A stretch of DNA of 61,429 nt, counting the filler, from Ionaspis alba (lineage: Eukaryota), in NCBI GenBank assembly GCA_964255285.1. It is 6 parts of 6 records of this genome, joined end to end, with 100 filler letters (N's around TTAATTAATTAA, not from the genome) between each part and the next. Parts side by side here need not be neighbours in the genome. Positions count along the whole stretch, not along the records: positions 1 to 10,216 come from CAXUUL010000617.1; positions 10,317 to 20,472 come from CAXUUL010000618.1; 4 more parts are not named here. The stretch is one strand, 5' to 3'. Of the stretch, positions 1 through 10,446 are shown one piece after another. Each line of letters begins with the position of its first letter. The stretch's first letter is position 1. The notes beneath the pieces were generated by a model that did not search any database, was not told where the DNA came from, and saw only the letters and a list, made by a program, of their open reading frames with translations. Both the position numbers and the translations under genes were made by a program.

Positions 1-363
1 TTCGTCTACAAAGTCCCAGTTGACCGGGTAGGCGAAGAGGGCGGAACGGTGGGTGGGGATTTCGGAGGCGAGTTGTTTCGCAAGCTGAGCTTTTTCTTCA
101 TCAGAGAGGTTTTCGCGTGTGGGGTTGGTGGCGGTTGGGGGGTTGGTTTGGGGGCTTTTGTAATTAAGTAGTTGGGATAGGTGTGAGGGGTGGGGTGTGT
201 ATTGATAGGATAGATGATTTCGAATGAGAGATTCTTTAATTGATGAACGGCGTTGATATTATGCATTGTGCCGTTGTTTTGCTATTGCTTGACCTCGTAT
301 TCCCTGTTTGGGTGCAATAAAGGGAGTGGATTGTTCAGTAATTAGACTGCGCATGTCCCGGTC

Positions 364-2451
364 TCACTTCCGGTACCCGGGCCAGATTAGCGAATCATTG
401 TTGAAGTCCGTCACGTACGTCGTCGAAGGAGGCGCTCCGAGGACGACGGCAGGCTTCGCATACGTTTTATGACTATGCGGCCGGCGGTCGGTCGAAGACC
501 TCCTGGTGGGGGATCCCTGAGATCGATCGACTTGTCTTTTTGATCTAGCAGGTATAGAGACCATTCTAGGTGAAGTCGTCTCCCGATCGCTGGAGAGACG
601 AGCCCGATGTGATCTTGCAGCTTCATAGGCTCGTTCTCTTGAGGAGAAGTGGTATTGAATAGAAGTGGGCTTAATGTTCTCCTTGTCATTGGAAGAGGAC
701 GTCCTCGTTGATTCGAGATTCTTCGAGTTTGGAAACAGAGATTTCGATAATTCCTTGCTGTAGGGATAGTCCTTGCCGAAGTTGGGATTAGTGGTCCAGA
801 CTGAGTCCACCCAATGTGAGGGAGTCTTGCTCGACACGAGGTCAGCGATGGCTGCGGAAGGAGAGACATCGTTTGGCAAGGTCACGTAGTTCGATGTATC
901 AAAATCGGCTGAGTTGATTGGCGTAAACGAAGCTTCACCTCTTTCGTAACCCGGTGGCACAGACAGATGCGGAGAGGATCTAGCTTGAGTTCGCGCATTT
1001 GATGTGTGCTTTTTGAGCCTGCGGTTGAGATTCCGACCACGAATGCGGGCCCAACTTGACACTTCAAGTTCGACCATGTCCAGAAGCTCTGAGTTTGTGA
1101 TAGGCAGTCCTTTGGTATGTTTCTCGAGTTCTTGTATGAGTGCGGCGGTGGAAGACTCGGTTCCCGGACGCTCTAAAAGAGAATCAGGTGATGTGATGAC
1201 ATGAACTCGGCGAAATGCATCGAGTGTATCTTGCGCATCCACCATATCCACAGACTTGTGAGAGGATTCAATTGTAACACCCTGGTCGTGTTCGCTGATG
1301 ACGGGTTTATGATCGGCTTCTTCCACAATCCGGCAGTACTGCAGTCCGCAGTGGATACTACAGATAATCAGAATGGAGGAACTCATTGACAGTCAAAGTA
1401 GCCTGCAGATAAGCTGTCACACGTATATATATGACGCATCAACATACCATTCCGTGGTACCACATCCTTGATACACATTCTCGTTATAACAGCTAGGACA
1501 TGTACCTTCCAACGACGTACGACGAAAGAGCATACTCATGTTCACGTTCTGCCCAGGCCGAAACACAGTCTCCCAAGACTTGTTCAGAGATAGGTCCCTC
1601 CGATGGTCTTGCAGCACAAATTCGGATCTGTCGAGTTTCTGCAATCCTTTGACAGTGACACCACTTTGCATGAAGCGGACCTTCAAAACCGCAATGAATG
1701 CCTCTGCCGAGTTAATAAATTCGAGATGGAATGGTGCTACACGGCCACAAGCATCGAGTAGAACGACGGGTTTCTGCAGGGGGACTTGGGGCGGAAGCTC
1801 TCGCTGAAGCTGAAGCTGTAGTAATTGCTGCAATGCTGATACCTCTTGCAAGAGCTGCCGATGACCTGCCATAATGCGCTGTATGAAGTCAGCTTGTTGA
1901 GATGATAGACCAGTGACTAGATCTTTGGTAAGAACAAGGTCTTGTTGGATGTTGAAGGTCGCCGCATGGGTCTTTTGTACCCTTTGTTCGCATTCTTGCT
2001 GCTTCTGGTTGTTCTCGAGACCCTGAGTAACTTGTAGGGTGATCAGAAGCATGTTGATCGAGGAGGTATGAGCCTCTAGCTGGCGCCTGAACTTGACAAT
2101 GTCCACTTTCTTGCAAAGGGCCCATTGGATCTTCCGAAGATTCGCCTTCCATCCTCCTGTCCCTTGGCGTAATCTCGGCTGATATTTGGCAGTCTTTTTG
2201 ATAAAGGTCTCGATGCAGCGCTGGAGGCGCTGCACCGCTTCTTGAATGGCCTTTCGCTGTTTACAGGCGGACTGTTGTAGGTGCAGCTCATCGATTGTAC
2301 TTAGACCTGCTTTCAGACTCTCCAGTTCCTCATTCAAAGCGACATATTCCGCTGATGCACCACTCGTGTCTTGAACAGCTTTCACAGATGTAATGATCAA
2401 ATTTATACCAGCAATGAAATCACCGACAGAGAAGCCAAAAGGGACTGCCAT
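364..2451 (-). CDS. Fungal STAND N-terminal (HeLo-like/SesA-type) domain + coiled coil + fungal ubiquitin-like domain + CxxC..CxxC Zn ribbon + disordered tail; 2 exons (intron 1358-1447)
   Basis: The N-terminus MAVPFGFSVGDFIAGINLI...ASAEYVALNEELESL is typical of fungal HeLo-like N-domains. LDACGRVAPFHLEFINS...WETVFRPGQNVNMSMLF resembles the fungal ULD. A GTATGT...CTGAT...TAG intron joins ORF 1417-2451 to ORF 364-1386 in frame, giving CPSC...ECIHCG. Confidence 0.75.
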
Positions 2452-3807
2452 GTTGACAGGACGGACAAAAGTCTCGGGCTCAGGTCACAATGAATCATTC
2501 AGAAAATATGAGCAATGTATCAAGCTCAAACTCATGGGTCCATCCGTTCGATCATGGTCAAAAAGTTAGGAAAATGTCGCGAAAGATAGAGGCTGGAATC
2601 TGCCTCGTAACGCAAGGCTGCGTAATGTGGCGTCCAAAAATCTACTCGGCAACGGCGCTTACTGGTACAACCCGACAGAGCATTGTCTTGTGAAGCAAGT
2701 GAGACGAGGAAGAGATTGATATCGTCAATTTACGCGGAAGCCTTTGAACTTTGACCGCTACATCGTGTCCAGGTATCTAGTCGATTACATAGAAGCTATG
2801 GGGGCGGACTTGGAGTGCCAAGCTTTCCGTCCACTGCCGCAATATCATTCTCGGCTTCGATTGACAGGTGAGAGTGCAACGCACCTGAAATAAAAGATGG
2901 GCAGTATATCGTATTGCCAAGCTGCGCTGCTTATACTTATGAATTGGGTCAAGAGAACAACTGACTACTTTGAAGCCTTGATGAAATGTGGAAAGACTTA
3001 ACACAAAGACTATTCAGATACAATAGAAAGGGTCTGCAACGACCGCCTAACCGATCTCCTTACCGTATCATGCTTGGCACGTTTCTAGACAGATCGGGTG
3101 ATTCAATTAATTTCGTAGAAAAGCGAGGACCCTGGTCTAACTTGGACCCATGAGTTGCAGAGACTATAAATCGTACACAATTGGTGATTGGTTCAATCTG
3201 AGATTTTCTATAAAAGCGTTTGATGTTTTCGTAGCCTGGAAAGCTGCTTATATAAGGGACCCTCTCAATTGAAACCGTCCCAGTCCTGAACCAATACCAA
3301 CGAACCTTAGCTCAACGACATTTTGTAAATCCTGATCGAGCTGCCAAATTAGTGCTCAAGAACGGGATAAACCAAAATTACTTTGCTGGGCAAACACCGT
3401 TTCCGTTGAGCCATATAATTGGAACCCAGGAGTGTAGGACGAAGTGAGGGTAGCCAAGAGTCAGACCTCGAGCATCAAGGCAGAGCTGTATGGGTATCGA
3501 AATCGCGATACGTTTCTATTGTGGATGAGGAGCTGGTCACGATGTAGGTACCGTAGAAACCCCTGTTCGCCAGCGGCTTTACGCCCTGGAATGGGACAAA
3601 GATACTGTTGGTAGTCCCCATGGATTTGCTATGTCGTTGGAGATCATCTCACCCTCTGAATGATTTGCTGTAAGCCGGGTAGGAACGGGTGCATTGGTCC
3701 AATATGTTCAAACCCTGTTCCCGAGAACCAGATGACTGAGAAGCATGGGACAGTTTGTTTGACACTGAGATGTAAGTCTCAATATTCTTGCCTTTGGAAA
3801 CGGGAGT

Positions 3808-5566
3808 TCATGGTCGGACTTGGTCGTTTTCCAGTAAAGAGATTTGGTCTCGATGGGTCGGAAAATGCTGTGAATCGTCTCCCAGATTCGACGCCTGCAA
3901 TGTGTCTGCACCCCAGAGCAGTTCAGCCAATCTGAAGGCCCGACATATCGTTTCCGCGGCACTTTTTGAGGGATATTCGTTTTTGCAGGAGCGGACCAGG
4001 GCTTTAAGGTCGCTATACGTTCTCTTTTGATCTTCGAGCGAAGTATTGAGTAGGATTCCAGGACCTATAGCAATTGTTGAAGCCAGAACCTCTGCTTGCT
4101 GCGGGTTTTGTATATTTATGTCCAGCCGTATCAGATCAACGATAGCGCTCAAGAAACTCCCTTTGTATTGTATGTCCTTTCTGTGCAATGTGCTTTGCAA
4201 ACCCTTGAGTACTGATCCAAGTATTTCCACCTTATCAGTTACTGAGGAGATTTCTAGCGAAGCATCAATCAAGATGCTGAGCTCCTCAGAAGTATGCATG
4301 CCATGATCTAGGAAAAATTTGATCTCTGTAGACAATGCCTGTTCCACAACTGCTGTGTCTGGACTGTGTTGCAAGAGCTTGACGAGAGACAACAGCTCTG
4401 CTTGGTTGCCAGCTTTTATCCGCTCAAACAAATGCAAATAGAGTAGTCCTAGCTTCGCACCCGGCTCGTAGGTGAGTTGTTCAGCTGAAATCTGAAGAGC
4501 ATGTCTAAACCATTGGTTTGCAACATAGTCACGATCTCTGACTCTGCCTAATTTATCATAAGCAAGAGCCAAATTCGCTTCCTGCTGTTGGGTCTCTGGA
4601 TGAAATGTTCCGAAAATAAACACACAGCCGGCCGTCAGTTTTTCAAGAGTCAAAACCGCAGATTCAATATTGCCTTCAGATTTATGGACACGCACAGTCT
4701 CTTGAAGTGTTTTTATTGCATCCTCAGGGGCAGATGATCCTTGGAAGTATTTCTGGTTGAGAACGTTTACACAATTCAGATCAGAATGAGAATCGAACTG
4801 TGTTTTGCTGGAGGCTTCCAATGATTCAAGGTGCTTGTTTCTCGGGTTCGGAGCAGAAGATGTAGAGATCTCAATTTGAGAATTCGAAGATCGCTGCATG
4901 TTAGATTCATACCCTCTTATCTCGTTGTCGACAGTAGATGAATCCTCCGTGATTAGCATTTCTCCGTTCTGAGTGCGATGTGTGAGGGTAATACATTCGT
5001 GCTGCTCTGATGTCTCATCCGCCAGCTTGTTTCTATTGACAGTTGGTGTCGGGAAAGTTTCAGCGTGGAACGAATAATCCAAGTTCTGTTGGCTGCCAGC
5101 TGACAACACATTGTGTCTTGCTAGTTAGATGGATTTTTTGGGTATATAGGGGTGGCTTTACTCTTTTTCAAGATGTCGAGCATAAAGGTCTGCTCGATAA
5201 AAGCCTTTTCCGCAACCACTGTAACTGCATGTTGTCACCGCTGCCCGAAGATGATTGGCCTCATGGCGTCTGATTTGAGATTAAAACACCATAACTTGGT
5301 TCGATAAAGAAACGTACTTTCGATGTTCTGCACGGGTGTAAACCTAAACAAATCTCAATCACCATATTGACTAGAAGGCATACTGAGAGTTTCCAAACCT
5401 TGCCACAGCCGTATCCACAAACATGAACAGCTTTTCCTTTCTTCGCTCTACTGACCCGATTCGTGATCGGTGTATACTCTACCAGTGTTGAGGTGTGAAA
5501 TGCTTGGCGTTCAAGAACACCAGGTGATTCTTGTGGTTTGGTAGGGTTGGGCCCTTGGGCTGTCAT
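3808..5566 (-). CDS. Two C2H2 zinc fingers fused to a C-terminal TPR-like helical region; introns 5344-5398, 5270-5317, 5117-5161
   Basis: Manual splicing gives HVCGYGCGK-VYTRAEHRK-RHEANH and CSYSGCGKGFYRADLYARHLEKEH, continuing in frame into ORF 3808-5109. LEKLTAGCVFIFGTFHPETQQQEANLALAYDKLGR matches the kinesin-light-chain-type TPR pattern. The 3' end is uncertain. Confidence 0.75.
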
Positions 5567-6335
5567 TATTGATGCATGAGCCTGACATACATTAACCAAA
5601 AAGCGTTGTAGATTCTGATGTTCTCTTCACTTTAGCTCCTGTAGGATGTATAAGATAGTCCAGCTCAAATAACAGCGTGGATCGAATTTTTACAAGGTAA
5701 ACTCATCTCAAACTAGGGAATATGTCGAGAGTATGAATATAAGCAAGTATGCACGGTGTAAGGGGCTGGATTACGTAACTAGGATGGCCTATAGACCAGG
5801 CGGCAGAGAGCGGAAGTTACACTGCAGCAAGGCAACTAGGCCGTAGATGACCGCGCATTGAAGGATAAAGGCCGAAACCGAATCAGAAGCACACGATTAA
5901 CAAAGAGCGGCCGGGGCGGCTTGGCATCGATAAGGGCGGGGCGGTGGGGGCCAATCGAGGGGCGAAAAAAACGGCCCCGAAACTCGTGATCACTTTACAG
6001 GGAATATATCCATACTCTCTCATGCACAATGTTTACTACCCAGGCATGGAACAACTCTAGTAGTATGGACGCCTTTAATTGCCTGAATGTACTGGCACCG
6101 CGGACGGTGCAGAGAGTTTTCGTTGCAAAGATAGATAACCATCGACCCTCAGCCATAAGGGGTTTCCTCTCTCTTGTTCTGTATCCATTCTTCAGACCGA
6201 GCCACTTGTGTAACCTTTCATCAAACCGCAAAGAACTTGACGAAACCCTCCTAGACTTAACCAAGCATAGACAGTGAGGTGTATGCTGCTTTATTGCCTA
6301 ACTCCTTCGCTGATGTTTCTGTCTCGTTTAAGACG

Positions 6336-6847
6336 ATGCCTTTGCAGGGTCTAGTCTCATCTCACGGTCACAAGCATGGAGGCACTGTTCAACTGAGCAG
6401 AACAATTGATTCAACGAACCACGACCCCAAGGTAAGAGCTGCCTACCGCACCGTTGTGATGAGTTCTATGAACAGACAAGCTGATCATTCCTTGAACAAT
6501 TGCATATGCAGAAGGCAGAAAATGTGGCAGTACAGTCAAATTACTCGCAAAGCGCAGATTGGAGGAAGGTATCAGACTGTGCCACAGGTCCAGGGCCTCC
6601 TGGAAGCCATGCTCAGCATTGGAGACCTCCTGGCGACATAGACAAGCTCAACTTCAGCAACATGGGCGCGTGGATAAGGGAGGAACCCAGACATTCAATG
6701 CAAGCTATGGCACGCAACATCAATAGAGCAAAGACAGCTGATTGTCCGTATGAACTTCCCCAAGCATATACCCAATACGCAATGGGAAAGTGGATGGGTG
6801 AAGACCAGAAGGACAAGCCATGGAGTGCCGAAAGATCCTTGGGATAA
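6336..6847 (+). CDS. Small orphan hypothetical protein (~143 aa), intron 6432-6511
   Basis: ATG at 6336. An AAG|GTAAGA donor, GCTGAT branch and TGCAG acceptor join exon 1 in phase 0 to ORF 6500-6847. No family recognised. Confidence 0.4.
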
Positions 6848-7745
6848 GAAAGTGAAAACAGGCAATCTAAGATGGAGATCGCAAATTGGAAATTGCTTAC
6901 CATGGTGGATTTCTCCATTCAACATTGTGCTTCGCAGGTGGTAAGGCTGTTCGTTGATAGACTTTGAGCAACATATGCGAAATGCTTTTGCGATTATTCA
7001 CTGTAAAATTGTGACTTTGAGCTGTGGGGTTGAGTTGCTGTACTATTCGCATCTTCTGAAACTGGACTTCTTGATTACGAAGTTGATTCGACACGTAGCA
7101 TGAGACTGTCACAAGAACAAATATAGTTCCTCGAGTTTTGGGCAATGTCCGGAGGAGGATCTTTGTGCAATTCGAACATTCAAGCTCTGTGCTGCACCCC
7201 GGGTGCATTATCGAGCCATTCAAAGTGAGACCAGAGCGTTCGGCCAGAGGCAATAGAATTCCGCCACCAGTAGGTGCCCTGGCCGAGGGGGTACGTGCAT
7301 TAAGACGCTACTTTGCTTGGCAAGGTCGCTTACCGGCAGCCAGGTTCTAAATCTAGAGACAACCTCTCAAACATTAATCATGATCCGGTGAGACAATTAA
7401 ATTCTGCGGTTTTGAGAAGCTTCTCATTTCAATTCGGGGATGAACCGCACGGTATTGCCATCAAGTCAAAACATTCCCCACAGCCCCATCGATCGTCTCC
7501 GCCAGCACAATCCCAATACACGCATCCTTTTCCCCAGTCTCCGCAACTCCCATCCACAATTGCCTCGCCGTCAAGGTCTCTGCGTTATACTCGCCCCAAT
7601 TCTTAGTCGCCAGCTCATAAACCCTCTTCGCGATATTTTCTGCCCTTATTAAAAGCCGACGAGTCTTATACCAGTTCACGACAGCGCGCACGAGCCTGAT
7701 GATGTTGCTCTTGGTAATATCAGACTTGGTGGTGCTTTGCTCGAC

Positions 7746-9837
7746 CTAGGTCTGGAGTTGTAGCTCGATGGAAGCGATGGTGCTGTCTCGTTCCGTGCGC
7801 TCATTAAGGGCGCAGTAGGTTGTGCCGAGCAGGAGTAGGGAGGAGACGCTGTAGTCGGCTGTACCTCGTTGTTGGAGGATGAATTGGCGCAGGCGATTGA
7901 GGAGGGGGACTACACTTCGACTGCCAGAATGTCCGGACTGGTTGGTCATGCTTGTTAGGAATTCGGTGAGGAGGGTTTCGGGTAGATGTGGCTGGGTGTC
8001 TTCGCAGACTTCGATGATGGATTCGAAGTACTTTATGGATCTGTCGTGCTCGCGTCTCTCAGTGCAGAAGTTGGCGATTTCGAGCAGGCGTCGTAGTGCC
8101 GTGAGGGGGTCGAATGATTCAATGGAGCAGGCGATCATCCTCGCGTATAAGACTTCGATAGAGTACACGTCTGTATGCGGGCGAAAGGCATAAGTTAGAC
8201 GGCTAAGTTGATCACATACACAGTGCTCATCTCTTGGCTGAGGACAAACCACGAAATCGGAAGCAGGACGTGCGGCATTGAGGTAGTCATCGGTGGTCCA
8301 ACTTTGTCGGTCGACTGGTAGGAAGAACCGTCTATAGCCGTCTACGAGCTCTTCCATCACTGCATTTCGCCTTGTCGACAACTGGAGTTCGTCGTAGACG
8401 ATTGCGAGCATGGTAGCGTACCCCAAGAAGGACGCGGCTTCGGGGCCTTTCAGGAAGAGCTGACCCGCCTTGAGGTGTTCGAGCTCGGTTCTCCTTGCTT
8501 TGGAAGAGCATCCATTATTCTTGTAGTGGGAAATGAGGTCGTCAGATGCTGGAAGCTTGGTATCACACGTTGGTAGGGAGGGCATCGACTTGCTCAAGGA
8601 GTACTGCTTGTGCAGGTTCATAGTCTTCGAGTTGAACTGCCAGAGTGAAAAGTCTTGAACATTCATAAATGTGCAAGCGGCAGGTTTGTATCCACCACTT
8701 GGAAACCTCTTGGCTGGCAATTGTAGATTGTTGATCTTTTCGTCGCTATCACTCGGCCGGCTCTCCTCGTTCAGGGTTGTCAAATCACTTAAAGAGACAG
8801 TATCCCAACCGTATAAGCTAAGTTGTTGAAAGAAGGCAGTTGTATCATCGTTGTCCCACACATTAGTCGGCTTGGACTGCTCAGCTCCTGAAAGTATGTC
8901 ATAAGGGCTGCAATCAATATTGTCGCAACTGGTAGTCGAGGCTTTGGAAATATTCGGCCAATTCGTGTCTCTAGTACGTGCGGTTCCCTCCACATCATTT
9001 AATCCTTGTTTATCATGTCGAGGCTTGTCTTCCGATAGAGATGATGGTGGCGTATTATATCGAACGTGCGGAGGAGTTGCTACATGGAGAGTAAGCTCAC
9101 GCTTTCCGCTCACTTGAAGGACGTAGCATGCCAGCTGATGGAGAGGGCATGTCTCCTTCCTGTGAAACCTTTCTCTTCACGAAGCGCCTGAACTTCTGGG
9201 CATCAACCAGACGGTCGTGGAAATAGAAGTCTGTGTCCTTGCCCTCCCGCTTTCGTCTCTCTGATTTTGCTATCAGGATCTTCATGTCTGAAGCTGGAAT
9301 GTTCTTGTATATCCCCCATTTCTTCAACATCTTCTTGTAGGCTGGTTCCCTGTGTGAGCCTCCTTAGCAAATGCATTTCTCTATCGAAAGATAGCTATAC
9401 TTCTCGTCGAAATGATGCTGTTCTCGCAGATGTACCATGACATCCTCCAAGGAATTTTCTTTATCCACATATAGTTGCTTTATAAGTGCGCGATGGCGTT
9501 GCCAACGAGCCTGCTGATCTTGCCCATCTATTTGTTTCTTCTGTCGAGTCCTTCTAGCTCGTGCTGGTGGTGGAGGATGCGGCCGACGACTTGTTCCATT
9601 ATCTTTCATTAACTGCTGCGTAAGCGGAGGAATGACGTGCTGGGGGAGAAGCTGGTGTTGTTCAGAGTAACCTTTGCCGTAGACATCTGTTGCAGTGCAA
9701 ATTGGCTCAGATAGAGCTACGTCTCCGTCGCCATTCGACATTCGAAACAGTTCATCGTAGCCTCCCACAAGATAGCTTGTATAATCTGGATCGGTCAAGT
9801 CATTCCGCGTGTATCGAGAGGAATCGAAGATGTCCAT
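7746..9837 (-). CDS. Clr5-domain protein with C-terminal helical/TPR-like region, possibly truncated by a premature TAG at 7746-7748
   Basis: WQRHRALIKQLYVDKENSLEDVMVHLREQHHF-(intron 9350-9400)-EPAYKKMLKKWGIYKNI is the Clr5 domain pattern. A second intron ending at 9080 joins ORF 7746-9113 in frame. Confidence 0.75.
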
Positions 9838-10216
9838 CTTGAAGCAGCTGGTATCTGGACCCGACTAAGATCCAGCGCTTGGCTATATTCTTGGGGTGCA
9901 AACACGTTCAAGGAGAAGGATAATGCCGAGAAATTTCATTACAGAAGAGGTGTTAAACCAAAAAACGTCATCCTAGATCAAAGGGCTCAGGAATCTGCTT
10001 CACAACCCCAGCACTCGCGCCGCTCCACGTAAGACCACTGTGCCTGAACATATTCAAGAACGACGGAGGGAGCGATCGGCTAAATCAGCAGAAGTGGTTG
10101 ACGACAAAAAGACTCGACAATAGTTCTTTTGCGAGATTAAAATTCTGCTGCCTCGCCGCCTCTTTCGTGCAGTCACTCAATCGAACGTTGATTGGTCCTT
10201 ATTTGGGTATTGTAAA

Positions 10217-10316
10217 NNNNNNNNNNNNNNNNNNNNNNNNNNNNNNNNNNNNNNNNNNNNTTAATTAATTAANNNNNNNNNNNNNNNNNNNNNNNNNNNN
10301 NNNNNNNNNNNNNNNN
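10217..10316. other. Artificial scaffold-joining linker N44-TTAATTAATTAA-N44
   Basis: Palindromic 12-mer with stops in all six frames, embedded in Ns, and identical at five positions in the window. Confidence 0.98.
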
Positions 10317-10446
10317 GATAAACACTTGGTCGACGAGCAAGGCAATCCGACAAAAGAGGAGTAGGTAGGAAGTGATTAACGGCCTGAAATGATATGGATT
10401 GAAGGTAGATATAACGAAAAAATTTTACGGCTTTCTTTTATGAGAT

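Noticed and set aside
6..266. 86-aa Pro-rich ORF at the window start
   Set aside because: Low complexity, no recognisable domain and too little context.
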